Source: a virus
Length of the DNA: 64,000 bases
Strand: one strand, 5' to 3'
IMG/VR virus record: IMGVR_UViG_3300009370_000009
Location: 26,383-90,382 of that record
Shown here: positions 10,403-21,127 of the stretch, piece after piece
How positions within the stretch are numbered: the first letter of the stretch is position 1
How the letters are laid out: the number at the start of each line of letters is the position of its first letter
Notes under the pieces: model-generated
What the model saw: the letters and a program-made list of their open reading frames with translations, nothing else
The model's database searches: none
Told to the model about the DNA's origin: nothing
Position numbers and translations under genes: made by a program

Positions 10403-10859
10403 GCAACTTCCCTCTCAGAGGGGAGAGATTGATTGGCGTGTTGACCATTATTTTGACGGGTCTGCTAATCCAAATTTTGGCGGGGGTAAGTATGTGGATG
10501 ATAAAGGTTACGTAAGGGTTTTGCGTCCAGATCATCCTAACGATATTTGCGGCTATGTGTATGAGCATCGTGTAGTTATGGAAGATTTTTTACAGAGATA
10601 CCTGGAGAGTTGGGAGACCGTGCATCATATTAACGAAGAAAAATTGGACAATCGGATAACCAATTTGTATCTGTGTACCGCTCAGGAGCATACTGCTATT
10701 CATAGCGAAGGCAGGCGTTTGACTTGGAAGCATAAGGACAAGTTGAGGGAGACAGCGAGCAAGACTGCTGAGAAGCGTCGGGGGCGTAAGGTGGTGAAGC
10801 GTGACCTCTCAGGGAAATCTGCCCTAGGTCCGCGTTCCGCGTCGAACGACGGTGTATGA
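10386..10859 (+). CDS. HNH endonuclease (HNH_3-like)
   Basis: YVYEHRVVME...LESWETVHHINEEKLDNRITNL...H; start moved to GTG 10386. Confidence 0.85.
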   Translation: MARRSKQLPSQRGEIDWRVDHYFDGSANPNFGGGKYVDDKGYVRVLRPDHPNDICGYVYEHRVVMEDFLQRYLESWETVHHINEEKLDNRITNLYLCTAQEHTAIHSEGRRLTWKHKDKLRETASKTAEKRRGRKVVKRDLSGKSALGPRSASNDGV

Positions 10860-10886
10860 TGGTCTGAAGCCATTCACGGAGGACGT

Positions 10887-12062
10887 ATGAAGGTATGTGA
10901 GGCAGCGGGGTGTGGAATCAAGTTCATCCCCAATGTACATAATCAAAAATATGCAGATCCTAGATGTAGGAAAGATCTTGACGCCTGCGAGGGCGAGAAG
11001 ATTTGCCGCTTTAGGCTCGAGTCAGGAGATTTCCCTGTGGAAACAGACCCACTTAGTGGTGATAAGTACGATAACGATTACGAACTTAGAGCCGCTTATA
11101 ACAAGTTAGTAACAGAATATAATAAAGTTAAAGATAAGAAAGATGATCTTGCTGGTGCAATTTATGAAGCGGTGAAAGATGAAATTTCAACGCTGTCTTT
11201 GCCTGATGTTCCTGCTCCAAAGAAGGATAGGAGAACTAAGGGGGAAGAGGTTGCAGTAGCGGTCTTAGCGGATTGGCAACTCGCTAAGGTGACTCCAGAT
11301 TACGATTCTTCCGTTTGTGAAGAAAGAATCCAGAAGTTTGCGGAAAAAGTCGTACATCTGACTAACATTCAAAGAGAGAATCATCCAGTTAAGAAGTTGC
11401 ATGTTTGGGCACTGGGTGACATTGTTGAAGGAGAGTTGATTTTTCCAGGGCAATCGTTTTTAATTGATGGTGGCTTGTATAGGCAAGTTACGGTTGATGG
11501 CCCGAGGATTATGGCAACGTTCCTTAGGACAATGCTTGAAAATTTTGAGTCCGTTCATGTTTCTGGCGTTATTGGCAATCATGGTGCCATAGGCGGTAGG
11601 GCAAGGAAGGATCATGATCCCGAAACAAATGCCGACCGAATGCTTTATAGGATTATAAGTCTAATGTTTGAATCTGAACCAAGGATTACATTTGACATTC
11701 CTGACGGGCACGGGGAGCGAAATTGGTATACGGTAGACAGAATCGGGAATTATAGTTGTCTACTGTGTCATGGCGACCAGTTCAGGTCTTTTGGTTCGTT
11801 TTATCCGTTCCAGAAGAAGATATATGGCTGGAAAGTTGGGGCTGTCCAAGAAGAATTTCAAGATGTTTTCTGTGGACACTGGCATACTCCTACAAAGATG
11901 ACGTTTAATACTGTTCAATGTAGGGTTGCTGGAAGCCCTGAGTCTACTAATACATATGCTATGGAATCACTGGCTGCTATTGGCAGACCATCTCAGCATT
12001 TACAGTTTGTGCATCCTGAAAATGGGATTGTCACGGCTGAATATACGTGCTGGCTAGATTAA
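10887..12062 (+). CDS. Calcineurin-like metallophosphoesterase/nuclease with Cys-containing N-terminus
   Basis: Motifs LADWQ, LGDIVEG, GNHG, HGDQ, GHWH. Confidence 0.8.
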   Translation: MKVCEAAGCGIKFIPNVHNQKYADPRCRKDLDACEGEKICRFRLESGDFPVETDPLSGDKYDNDYELRAAYNKLVTEYNKVKDKKDDLAGAIYEAVKDEISTLSLPDVPAPKKDRRTKGEEVAVAVLADWQLAKVTPDYDSSVCEERIQKFAEKVVHLTNIQRENHPVKKLHVWALGDIVEGELIFPGQSFLIDGGLYRQVTVDGPRIMATFLRTMLENFESVHVSGVIGNHGAIGGRARKDHDPETNADRMLYRIISLMFESEPRITFDIPDGHGERNWYTVDRIGNYSCLLCHGDQFRSFGSFYPFQKKIYGWKVGAVQEEFQDVFCGHWHTPTKMTFNTVQCRVAGSPESTNTYAMESLAAIGRPSQHLQFVHPENGIVTAEYTCWLD

Positions 12063-12072
12063 AGGAGAAAAA

Positions 12073-12282
12073 ATGTTAAATTCAACTTTTATTAAGGATG
12101 CTCTTGAGAGGGCTATCTGGACTGCAGCTCAGGCTTTTCTTGCTGTCTTTACTGTTGGCGATATGGCCAGCGCGAAGGCTGCGGGTGTCGCTGCTGTTGG
12201 TGCCGGAATATCTGTTCTGAAGAGTGTTGTTGCAACTCAGGTTGGCGAAAGCGGCACTGCTGCTACCTTACCAAAGGGTTAA
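12073..12282 (+). CDS. Holin (actinophage type)
   Basis: 69 aa; FIKDALERAIWTAAQAFLAV plus a second hydrophobic segment; AAGGAG RBS. Confidence 0.75.
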   Translation: MLNSTFIKDALERAIWTAAQAFLAVFTVGDMASAKAAGVAAVGAGISVLKSVVATQVGESGTAATLPKG

Positions 12283-12284
12283 AA

Positions 12285-12479
12285 ATGGAAAAGGCTAGTA
12301 TTTTTTGCAAAAAGTGCAATGGCAGGGTACTTGCTAGTGAGGTACCTGGGTATCCGTACATTGATCTAACTTGTTTAGGTTGTGGATGGTCAAGAGACGT
12401 TCCTAAAGATGTATGGGCTAATGCAACTAAGGCTAGCCTAAGACAAATAGTAGATAAGGCTGACAAACTTGAATTTTAA
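12285..12479 (+). CDS. Small zinc-ribbon protein
   Basis: CKKC...CLGCGW. Confidence 0.6.
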   Translation: MEKASIFCKKCNGRVLASEVPGYPYIDLTCLGCGWSRDVPKDVWANATKASLRQIVDKADKLEF

Positions 12480-12921
12480 AGTTTCGCCAAATAAGGTATA
12501 TTCTTATGGGCCTGATTTGGTGAAAGTTTTGTCTATTCATAAAAAATTTAATAAAGTTAAAATAAAACAACTGGCTTCGGGAGATATCCTCGAGATACCA
12601 TTAGATAATGCGTATCTATTCTTGAAGCGAGTTTATACGATAGGGGAAGTGGCCAAGATTGTTCAGAGGAAACCTGATACAATCAGGAGGTATGAGCGTC
12701 TTGGCCACTTATCCCCACCAGAGCGGGTTGGTGGGGGTTCCGGTTTAAAGAATTGGCGAGTGTATACGCAAGATGACGTTGCGGATGTGCTATCATTCTT
12801 TTCGGAGCGGAAGCCTCCGGGGCGCCCGCCTAAGAAAAATATAACCAGTAGAGAACTCAGGTCCAGAATAAGAGACTTGAGTGCAAAGAGCAAAAGAGCA
12901 TTGGAGAATTTCAATGAGTGA
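12469..12921 (+). CDS. MerR-like helix-turn-helix DNA-binding protein
   Basis: YTIGEVAKIVQRKPDTIRRYERLG...WRVYTQDDV. Confidence 0.8.
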   Translation: MNFKVSPNKVYSYGPDLVKVLSIHKKFNKVKIKQLASGDILEIPLDNAYLFLKRVYTIGEVAKIVQRKPDTIRRYERLGHLSPPERVGGGSGLKNWRVYTQDDVADVLSFFSERKPPGRPPKKNITSRELRSRIRDLSAKSKRALENFNE

Positions 12922-13114
12922 TAATCATAAAGATGGTAAGATTTGGGTGTCATTGGGCATTACGAAGAATCTAGGGAATTATGAGTCCCTGAGATTGGAT
13001 GCTGGCGCAGAGGTTAGGACTGATGCCTTTGATAACAATACGTTATGGGCACAACTGTGGCAGAAGGTTGACGAGCAGATTGAGGAAAAGCTTTCCGAGT
13101 TAGATAAGGAATAG
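12914..13114 (+). CDS. Conserved hypothetical phage protein
   Basis: KIWVSLGITKNLGNYESLRLDAG; overlaps the upstream stop. Confidence 0.65.
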   Translation: MSDNHKDGKIWVSLGITKNLGNYESLRLDAGAEVRTDAFDNNTLWAQLWQKVDEQIEEKLSELDKE

Positions 13115-13116
13115 GC

Positions 13117-13404
13117 ATGCCGAATTTGGACGGGGCTTTATGTAGAGGAAATGCCCGTGAAAATTATTGGCTGAGTTACGTTGAGGCAGAGGTCGAGTGT
13201 GCCAAAAGCATTTGTATGGAATGCCCAGTTATATCGGAATGTGCTTTACTGATGATGATGCAGTATGCCGAAGGTGACATACCGGTAGGTGTTTTTGCCG
13301 GAACCAGTGAATTTGATAGGCTTGAATCCTTGTGGAAGGAGGTTGGAGATGGCAAAGAAAGTAACTGGTCAGGATTTGATAGCCTTATTCCAGAAGGAAT
13401 GTGA
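13117..13404 (+). CDS. whiB: WhiB-like transcription factor
   Basis: C...AKSICMECPVISEC...GVFAGTSEFDR. Confidence 0.75.
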   Translation: MPNLDGALCRGNARENYWLSYVEAEVECAKSICMECPVISECALLMMMQYAEGDIPVGVFAGTSEFDRLESLWKEVGDGKESNWSGFDSLIPEGM

Positions 13405-13660
13405 TAAACACGGTAAGTTGTTTGTACCGGACCCTCCAAGGCAAGAGCAAGTCGCAAAGAGTTTGGTTGATCATTTCAATTACAAAGATCTAGAGCCTGC
13501 TGTTGCTAAGTTTGTTGTGGATACTTATGGTGCGATTTTAGTTTTCGATTTCGCTTTGAAATCCAAAGATTTGATAGAAAGGTCTAAATTTGAAGAAGCG
13601 TCAAAAAAGAGATTTAAAGACATTGTTGAGCAAACTAGACTTAAGATGGAGTCAAATTGA
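13349..13660 (+). CDS. Hypothetical protein upstream of the helicase
   Basis: ATG 13349 after GGAGG; coupled to dnaB. Confidence 0.6.
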   Translation: MAKKVTGQDLIALFQKECDKHGKLFVPDPPRQEQVAKSLVDHFNYKDLEPAVAKFVVDTYGAILVFDFALKSKDLIERSKFEEASKKRFKDIVEQTRLKMESN

Positions 13661-14877
13661 ATTACGAAACTAAACTGTTGAACGCCATTGTCGCAGATGG
13701 CGACTTTGCGCTATGTGGTACGGAAAATGTTAAAAATGTGTTTGTTGAGCAGAAAGATGTTTGGTCTTTTATTGCCGACCACTACGACGTACACAAGAAG
13801 GTACCATCTACTGAAACTATCAAGCATCATTTCCCCGACTTTGAAGTATTCCATGTCACAGAACCCTTGCAATATTATATAGATATTGCTCATAGGGAGT
13901 CTCTGTCTCAGCAAGTAAGAACTGCGTTGTCAAGAAGTAATGATCTTGTAGATGAATCTGGTCCCAAAGAGGCAATTGGATACCTCATGTCTAGGGCTAG
14001 TGAACTTACCAAAGTTAGTTCTTCCTTGAAGGATTCAAACTTAGTTGAGGAATGGGAGGATCGTTTTGAGGATCTCCTAACACGATCAAAGGAGAAGAAC
14101 AGGGATATTGTCGGAGTGCCTAGCGGAATCTCTATCATGGATAAGATTTTCGGCGGCTGGCAGGATGGCGATTTTGTTGTTTTACTGGGATGGACTGGCG
14201 TAGGCAAGTCATTCGTTGCTCGTTTGTTTGCTGTGAATGCTTGGCGTGCTGGTTATACTCCTTTGGTTATCTCATTAGAGATGAATAAGCAGCAGGAAGC
14301 TCAGCGTATCGACACACTGTTGAATAATGGTGAGGGGCATTTCACGAATACCGATTTGGTTAGTGCAAACCCAGGTATCGTTGATAAGTATAAGTCTTGG
14401 GCCAAGGAGACTTATGAAGGAAAGCACCCTATTCACGTTGTGACTACTGAGGGCATGGACACTGCGGATCAGCACATGGTTCAGGCTAAGATTGATCAGT
14501 ATAAGCCGGATTTGGTTATCCTTGACTATCATGGATTATTCGATGATGCTAGCGGTGCTAGGAATGAGACTGAGAAAGCGAAGAATCTTTCTAAGGCATT
14601 CAAAAGGATGGCTGTGAAGAATTCTGTTCCGATCATCGACGTTGCTGCAGTAACCATGTCTGATGGCCACTCTGAGCGTCCACCAGAGTTGGAAGAAGTT
14701 GCGTGGTCTAAGCAGTTGGCTTACGATGCCGACTTGGTGTTGGCTATACATAGGGATTTCAATTCCGATGTGTTTCAGGTGGTAAGCAGGAAGGTGAGAA
14801 GGGCAACTCATTTTGGTTTCTATCTTCGTTGGAATTTGGACACGGGTGATTGGAAGGAAGAGTGGGATCTGGCATGA
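13657..14877 (+). CDS. dnaB: DnaB-like replicative helicase
   Basis: Walker A GWTGVGKS, SLEM, VILDY, YDADLVL. Confidence 0.92.
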   Translation: MNYETKLLNAIVADGDFALCGTENVKNVFVEQKDVWSFIADHYDVHKKVPSTETIKHHFPDFEVFHVTEPLQYYIDIAHRESLSQQVRTALSRSNDLVDESGPKEAIGYLMSRASELTKVSSSLKDSNLVEEWEDRFEDLLTRSKEKNRDIVGVPSGISIMDKIFGGWQDGDFVVLLGWTGVGKSFVARLFAVNAWRAGYTPLVISLEMNKQQEAQRIDTLLNNGEGHFTNTDLVSANPGIVDKYKSWAKETYEGKHPIHVVTTEGMDTADQHMVQAKIDQYKPDLVILDYHGLFDDASGARNETEKAKNLSKAFKRMAVKNSVPIIDVAAVTMSDGHSERPPELEEVAWSKQLAYDADLVLAIHRDFNSDVFQVVSRKVRRATHFGFYLRWNLDTGDWKEEWDLA

Positions 14878-15101
14878 GTGACTATCATCAGATTAGCGAA
14901 TTTTTAGAGTTTGAGGGTGACAATCCTGCTGTTACTGGGATTGTGGAGAATCCGGGGGCGCTGAATAGGATTAAGCCTTGGATTGGTGATATGATCAGCA
15001 ATGAGATATATGATGGACGAGAAGTCAAGTCTAGGCTTTTACTCGAGTATATGCATGGGGAGGATTTGTACTACTTTAAGTTGGTGTTTCAAGAATGCTA
15101 G
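14874..15101 (+). CDS. Hypothetical protein
   Basis: ATGA overlap with the helicase stop. Confidence 0.55.
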   Translation: MSDYHQISEFLEFEGDNPAVTGIVENPGALNRIKPWIGDMISNEIYDGREVKSRLLLEYMHGEDLYYFKLVFQEC

Positions 15102-15979
15102 AGGATATCAAGAAACTTCTTGACAGGGCCAATGTTAATATACAATCACAGGGGATAGAAGAGGTAGCAATCTACTGTCCATTCCATAGAAATACTGACA
15201 GCGCTTCGTGCTATATAAATACAAAGAGTGGACTGTGGCAGTGCTTTAATCCGTCATGTGGCGCAAAGGGGAATTATAGGCAGCTACACAGAAGATTGCT
15301 TAATGAAGATGTCACAGAGAACACTGTTGTAAATCCTGAGTTGTTGAAAATTAAGTTAAATAGGAAAGTAGACATTAGTGAAGATATAGAAATGTCTATT
15401 GATGGCTTAACTTTGGATTACGAACTTGATGGTCATAAGTTGTCCTCTTTGACAGACCGAGGGTTTGACATGGATACGTTGAAATACTTTGAGGTCTGCT
15501 TCTCAGATAAGAAGCAGAGGGTAGTCATCCCGGTCAGAGATGAGAGTTATAAGTTGGTTGGGATGATAGGAAGGGCAACTGATAGTAATCAAGAGCCAAG
15601 GTATTTGTATACTAATGGGTTTAAGCGTGCAAAGGTATTGTTCAATCTGTGCAATGCTAAACAGTATGACTCTGTGATTATTACTGAAGGAAGCCTAGAT
15701 GCTATAAAGATACACCAGGCTGGGTTCCCAAATGTGATAGCAACGCTAGGTTCTAAGATTTCAGAACATCAGTACACTCTGATCAGAAAGTATTTTGATG
15801 AAATTATCGCATTTCCCGATGCAGATGAGGCCGGTCGGGTCATGGGACATGATATAATGGTGTCATGCCGTGGACGGCGTGTGCGATGGGCAGAATGCTC
15901 AGATGGGCGCGCCGACCCCGGTGACATGACAGCTTCTGAGATTTCAGAGGCTGTCGATAACAGTAAAATTAAACTATAA
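15095..15979 (+). CDS. dnaG: DNA primase (zinc finger plus TOPRIM)
   Basis: CPFH...CFNPSCG; EGSLDA; FPDADEAG; DPGD. Confidence 0.9.
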   Translation: MLEDIKKLLDRANVNIQSQGIEEVAIYCPFHRNTDSASCYINTKSGLWQCFNPSCGAKGNYRQLHRRLLNEDVTENTVVNPELLKIKLNRKVDISEDIEMSIDGLTLDYELDGHKLSSLTDRGFDMDTLKYFEVCFSDKKQRVVIPVRDESYKLVGMIGRATDSNQEPRYLYTNGFKRAKVLFNLCNAKQYDSVIITEGSLDAIKIHQAGFPNVIATLGSKISEHQYTLIRKYFDEIIAFPDADEAGRVMGHDIMVSCRGRRVRWAECSDGRADPGDMTASEISEAVDNSKIKL

Positions 15980-15997
15980 AATAACTAAGGAGAAAAA

Positions 15998-16645
15998 GTG
16001 AAAACGTTTACATCGTTACAAGAAATGGAAAAGCAAATTGGTGCAACCTCAACTGGGGGTGGCACTAAAAAGTATTTTAGCCTAAAGGATGGGGATTCTT
16101 TTAAGATTAGGTTCCGTCAGGAACTGACAGAAGATTCCGCCAATTTTGATTCTGAGGCTGGCACGGCAATGACTACTAACGTGGTTACTTCGGTGATCAA
16201 TTGGAAGTGGAAGGTTGCTTCTACCGCTCAGAGTGAGCAGCATGGGTACCGTTGCTGGGGCACTGAGCAGGCTATGAACAATGGCAGATGGAAGCCGCGA
16301 CCGCATTTATTGGTCAATGTCGCAGTTGAGGTTGAGCCGGGGGTATGGGAGCCTAGAGTTGTCGATACTACGTTCAATCAGCGACATATTGGTTTAACGC
16401 TAATTGAGTATGCTAAAGAGTTTGGTACGATCACGGATCGTTATTACAAGTATTCCCGTACTGGATCTGGTGCGTCGGATACTAACTATACTCTTATCCC
16501 GTTGGAGATTGCTGCTGAGCCTGAGGCTGTTACCGCCTTGCAGTTGCATGATCTGAATGGCATGTACATGTCTCTGCCATATAGTGAGCAGGAGACTTAT
16601 CTTACGACTGGCGAGCGTGCAAGCGCTCCAGCCAGCGACTGGTAG
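15998..16645 (+). CDS. Single-stranded DNA-binding protein (gp32-like)
   Basis: YFSLKDGDS..IRF, SRTGSGASDTNYTLIP; position after the primase; strong RBS. Confidence 0.7.
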   Translation: MKTFTSLQEMEKQIGATSTGGGTKKYFSLKDGDSFKIRFRQELTEDSANFDSEAGTAMTTNVVTSVINWKWKVASTAQSEQHGYRCWGTEQAMNNGRWKPRPHLLVNVAVEVEPGVWEPRVVDTTFNQRHIGLTLIEYAKEFGTITDRYYKYSRTGSGASDTNYTLIPLEIAAEPEAVTALQLHDLNGMYMSLPYSEQETYLTTGERASAPASDW

Positions 16646-16658
16646 AAAGTGGGTCGTT

Positions 16659-16691
16659 GAGGGGGGAGGGGCAAACTGTCCCTCTCCCCTC
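16659..16691 (+). terminator. GC-rich stem-loop after the SSB gene
   Basis: gaggggggagggg...tccctctcccctc; no strong U tract. Confidence 0.45.
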
Positions 16692-16701
16692 GACTTACGA
16701 T

Positions 16702-17226
16702 ATGATATTTGGACTAGACATAGATGGCGTTGTGTGCGATTTCCTTGCAGGTGCGAGGGCGTTGGCAGATAGGTTAGATCTGGATGTTAGTGATAGGGAG
16801 TTGGTTCTGGAGTATGAGGGGATGCCGGATAGTTATGAGTCTGTGTTGGATGGGGAGCCGTTCTGGTTGAACATGAAGCCTATTAAAACTTCTTGGCATG
16901 TGGTGAATGATCTGTTTGGCAAGGGTAACGATGTTCATTTTGTGACTTCTAGGGCGAAGGAGTCTGCTATAATGGTTACTGAAAGGTGGCTGGATGAGTG
17001 GGGCTTCATGTATTCAGGGGTTCATTTTTCATCGAATGGGCATAAGGTCGAGTTGTATAAAGAACTAGGCATGGATGTTTTCGTAGATGATAATCCAGGG
17101 ATTGTTGGCGAAATAAATACAGTGGGAATGGGGATATTGATGTCTCAAGATTACAATATTACTGATGAAGCGTCTATAAGGATTGACGATTTGTCTGATT
17201 TATACGAGTTTGCGTGGTCAAAATGA
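16702..17226 (+). CDS. HAD-family 5'(3')-deoxyribonucleotidase-like protein
   Basis: LDIDGVVCDF, FVTSR, K, FVDD. Confidence 0.8.
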   Translation: MIFGLDIDGVVCDFLAGARALADRLDLDVSDRELVLEYEGMPDSYESVLDGEPFWLNMKPIKTSWHVVNDLFGKGNDVHFVTSRAKESAIMVTERWLDEWGFMYSGVHFSSNGHKVELYKELGMDVFVDDNPGIVGEINTVGMGILMSQDYNITDEASIRIDDLSDLYEFAWSK

Positions 17227-17720
17227 AGCAACTAAAGCATGATCCGAATAATAGGCCAGACTGGGATTCGTATTTTTTTAATATAGCGCAGGTTGTTTCG
17301 CAAAGGTCTACTTGTCCATCAAGAGCTGTTGGTGCTGTCATTGTTGACTCTGAAACGATGGGCATCATATCTACTGGATATAATGGCTCTCCGAAGGGGA
17401 CTGAACATTGCGCTATCTCTTGTTTAACAAGGGAGCCTGGTAGTGATTTCCGCAAGTGTAGAGCGGTACATGCTGAACTTAATGCAATATTGCATGCTGC
17501 ACATAACGGTGCAAAGACTAAGAACGCCACAATGTATCTTACTACTACTCCGTGTGTGTTCTGTGCTAGGACTATCATAAATGCTGGTATCAAAGAAGTT
17601 AGGGCTATGACTAAGTATCATCATGAAGACGCCATTGACCTCCTTAGTCAAGGTGGAGTGGCCACGGCAGTCATCTCCCCAGTTGAGTTGCGTCACTTGT
17701 TGAAGATGTGGCAAAATTAA
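17223..17720 (+). CDS. dCMP deaminase
   Basis: RSTC...VGAVIV...TGYNG...HAELNA...PCVFC. Confidence 0.92.
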   Translation: MKQLKHDPNNRPDWDSYFFNIAQVVSQRSTCPSRAVGAVIVDSETMGIISTGYNGSPKGTEHCAISCLTREPGSDFRKCRAVHAELNAILHAAHNGAKTKNATMYLTTTPCVFCARTIINAGIKEVRAMTKYHHEDAIDLLSQGGVATAVISPVELRHLLKMWQN

Positions 17721-20700
17721 TGGATGACTTTGTACACTTACATTGTCATTCCGAATACAGTCTTTTGGACGGAATGTCAACGCCTAATGATATTGCACGC
17801 ATAACTTCAAAGCATGGTCAGGTTGCTGCAGCCATTACCGATCATGGAACTATGGGTGGGGTGCTTAAGTTTCAGAAGGCTTGCAAGGATCATGATGTCA
17901 AACCTATCTTCGGGATAGAGGCGTACTTCGTTCCAGACGTTAATAATGACGATATGGACGCCAAGTCGGAGAGGTTCCATTTGATATTGCTTGCTAAGAA
18001 CAATGAGGGATTGACAAAGTTATTTAAATCAACTAAAACTGCGTGGTCTGATAATTTTTATTACAAGCCGAGAATAGATTTCAAATTATTGGAATCATTG
18101 GTTGACAATGATGTGGTAGCGTTATCTGGGTGCAGAGGTAGTGCTATTGCGAAGGCTTTGGAGAATGGGGATGAAAGTCGTGCTGCGAAACTGTCTGAAA
18201 AGTTTATCAGTATATTCGGAGACGACTTCTATTTTGAGATCCAACCTTGGAATCCTAAAGAGATCAACGATGGCATTGTTGATCTAGCGCAGGCGTATGG
18301 GAAGAAGGTCGTTGGGACGGCGGATTGCCATTACCCAACTAAGCATGATGCTGGGTGCGAAGAGGTTCTTCTGACTGCAGCCCAGTACCCCGGTTTTAAC
18401 GCTGAAGTGCTGAGGCACGCAACTGATCATAGTTGTGCGACTATTACGTCAATGTCGGTGACGGATAAATTAAATACGATGTATCCGAATAGGTTCTTGC
18501 GGTTCGATGACATTAGTCCGTACATTGCAGATGCAGAAGAGATATCTAGTTGGTTTGAGGCAGCAGGCTATGGGGATAGCGCTATACTCTCTAACACAAT
18601 TGAAGTAGCGGAGAAGTGTTCGGCTGAGGTTCAGACGAGACAGTCGTTGCTGCCAAAGTATATTAAAAGTCTCAATTCTAACGAGTATTTGCAGGATATA
18701 GCGGTGCATGCTTTGGAAGAAAAGGGATTGGGCGAAGACGACAGGTATTTCAACAGATTAATGGAAGAGTTGGATATTGTCGCAAAGTTGGATTTCTCTG
18801 ACTATTTCTTGATTATTTGGGATCTGGTTAAGTGGGCAGATCAAAGCGGTATAGGTCGTGGCCCTGGTCGTGGGTCTGTTGGTGGCTCCTTGTTGGCTTA
18901 CGTACTGGATATCACTATTGTAGATCCTATAAAGTATGACCTCTTGTTCGCTAGATTTATCAACCCTGAAAGGAACGACTATCCAGATATTGACTTGGAT
19001 TTTGAGGATAAGAGGCGTAAAGAGGTTAAAGACTATCTAGTTGAAAAATGGGGCTACGAGAATGTTGCTGCTATTTCGACTTATGGGGAATTCAAGGCTA
19101 AGTCTGTTATCAAAGATGTGTCGAGGGTATTCGCTCTACCCTATGCAGATGTAAATGGTATTACGCCTTTGTTTGAGACTCTTGATGAACTTAAAAGCAA
19201 TGATAAGGGTAAGTTGTTTTGTCAAAAGTATCCTGATATTATAAGTACCGCTGAGAAGTTGGAGGGGAGAATACGTAATACTGGTATTCATGCTGCTGGA
19301 ATGGTGGTGTCGTCTGTCCCTCTCAGCGAGGTCTGCCCAATGGAGACTCGCAAAGAGGTTGGGGGCAGCGAGAGGTCACTGGTGTCTGCTTTTGAGATGA
19401 ACGATGCTGAGGCTGTTGGGCTAATTAAGATTGACATCCTTGGGCTTAAGACGGTTGCTGTAATATCTGATTGTCTAAAGAAGATCAAAGAGTTGCATGG
19501 GGTTGATGCCGCAGAGGATTCTTTGAGGCTGGACGATCCTGAAGTATATAAAGCTATTGATTCTGGCAGTACGGCAGGGGTGTTTCAGGCTGAGGCTGGG
19601 GCGTACACTAATCTTATTGATCGAATGGGCATATCGGATTTTAATGATCTAGTCGTTAGTAATGCTTTGGTTAGGCCGGGGGCGCTGCTGTCTCAGGGGA
19701 AAGATTATATTGCGTGTAAGAAGGGCGAACGGAAGCCTAAGTATATTCATGAATCAGTTGAGTCGATTCTTAGCGATACGTATGGGACAGTGGTGTTTCA
19801 GGAGCAGTTGATGGCGGTTGCTGTTGAGATTGCAAACTTTTCATGGTCAGAAGCAGATACATTGCGTAAGATTATCGGAAAGAAGCGTGATATTCGGGAA
19901 TTTGATAAGTTCAAGGATAAGTTCTTGAATAATGACAAGTTAAGTTTAGATGTATCCAAGAAGGTATGGAATGACTTTGAGTTATCTTCTTTATATATGT
20001 TTAACAAATCTCATGCTGTTGCGTATTCTATGCTTACGTATCAAACAATGTGGTTGAAGCACCATTATCCTTTGGAGTACATGTGGAGCATGTTGTCTAA
20101 TGAGAATAACAAGGAGAAGATAACTGCTTATATTCTGGAGGCTAAGAGGATGGGGATAGAAGTTCTGCCTCCAGATGTTAACACTTCGGATGATTATTTT
20201 ACTATTGATACTGCTGATCACATTGAGGGTTATGGTATTAGATTTGGATTGTCAAATGTTGCTTCTTGCGGGAAGAAGGCGATAGAAGAAATAAAGAGTA
20301 AAAGGCCATTCTCTTCATATGAAGAGTTTACCGGTAAATGCCGCAAGAGTGCTGTGAATAAGACTATCACGGAGAACCTAGACAAGGTTGGGGCGTTCGC
20401 TTCATTACGGCATGTATCTGAGTATGAGCATGAGAAGTATTATCTCCCGATACTTGGGTTGCCTGTAAAACAAAACTTCAACGATGATTTCACTGACTAT
20501 GTTGAGAACTGCGCAGACTTTGACGTTAAAGAGCCTGAGCTGCATATTGTAAGAGGTGTCGTTCGTGCTGCAAAGAAGTGGCCTGGCAATATGCGAGTCG
20601 AGTTGGAAGACGAAACTGGATCTCTGACATTGTTTGCTGATAGGGATTGTGAAATATCCACTAGGGATTATATTTATGCATTAGTTGGGGACAAGGGTGT

Positions 20701-21127
20701 CCATATGCATTGCGATGCTTTTGAATATGAGGACACGGATATGCATAAATTTGTTAAATTGATGCATAAAGGTAAGCAACATCACTATAGCGCTTTGTAC
20801 GGTCATGGGCTTGGACTGTTTGGCGAAGAGAAGTCGTTGATGTATTGCTTTGACTACCGAGTGTTCCAGACTTCTAAGGGGACGAAGATGGCCAATATGT
20901 ATTGTTGGGATGGCGAGTCGATGTCTAAGATTGTCATATTCCCCAAATTGTATGGTGTTTTTGCTACAATGTTAAGTAGCAACCAGTGGTACGCAGCCAA
21001 ATTGGAGGCTATTACTGATAGGAGAACTAGGATTGCAAAGCTTGATGGGTACAAGTTGAGTACCCCGAACTCGATGATTAAGATCGAAGACTATATCGAA
21101 AGGAAGAATTTGAATGTTAGTAATTGA
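17708..21127 (+). CDS. dnaE: DNA polymerase III alpha subunit (DnaE-type)
   Basis: PHP domain HLHCHSEYSLLDG, ITDHG; GRGSVGGS; PDIDLDF; HAAG; FNKSHA. Confidence 0.97.
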   Translation: MAKLMDDFVHLHCHSEYSLLDGMSTPNDIARITSKHGQVAAAITDHGTMGGVLKFQKACKDHDVKPIFGIEAYFVPDVNNDDMDAKSERFHLILLAKNNEGLTKLFKSTKTAWSDNFYYKPRIDFKLLESLVDNDVVALSGCRGSAIAKALENGDESRAAKLSEKFISIFGDDFYFEIQPWNPKEINDGIVDLAQAYGKKVVGTADCHYPTKHDAGCEEVLLTAAQYPGFNAEVLRHATDHSCATITSMSVTDKLNTMYPNRFLRFDDISPYIADAEEISSWFEAAGYGDSAILSNTIEVAEKCSAEVQTRQSLLPKYIKSLNSNEYLQDIAVHALEEKGLGEDDRYFNRLMEELDIVAKLDFSDYFLIIWDLVKWADQSGIGRGPGRGSVGGSLLAYVLDITIVDPIKYDLLFARFINPERNDYPDIDLDFEDKRRKEVKDYLVEKWGYENVAAISTYGEFKAKSVIKDVSRVFALPYADVNGITPLFETLDELKSNDKGKLFCQKYPDIISTAEKLEGRIRNTGIHAAGMVVSSVPLSEVCPMETRKEVGGSERSLVSAFEMNDAEAVGLIKIDILGLKTVAVISDCLKKIKELHGVDAAEDSLRLDDPEVYKAIDSGSTAGVFQAEAGAYTNLIDRMGISDFNDLVVSNALVRPGALLSQGKDYIACKKGERKPKYIHESVESILSDTYGTVVFQEQLMAVAVEIANFSWSEADTLRKIIGKKRDIREFDKFKDKFLNNDKLSLDVSKKVWNDFELSSLYMFNKSHAVAYSMLTYQTMWLKHHYPLEYMWSMLSNENNKEKITAYILEAKRMGIEVLPPDVNTSDDYFTIDTADHIEGYGIRFGLSNVASCGKKAIEEIKSKRPFSSYEEFTGKCRKSAVNKTITENLDKVGAFASLRHVSEYEHEKYYLPILGLPVKQNFNDDFTDYVENCADFDVKEPELHIVRGVVRAAKKWPGNMRVELEDETGSLTLFADRDCEISTRDYIYALVGDKGVHMHCDAFEYEDTDMHKFVKLMHKGKQHHYSALYGHGLGLFGEEKSLMYCFDYRVFQTSKGTKMANMYCWDGESMSKIVIFPKLYGVFATMLSSNQWYAAKLEAITDRRTRIAKLDGYKLSTPNSMIKIEDYIERKNLNVSN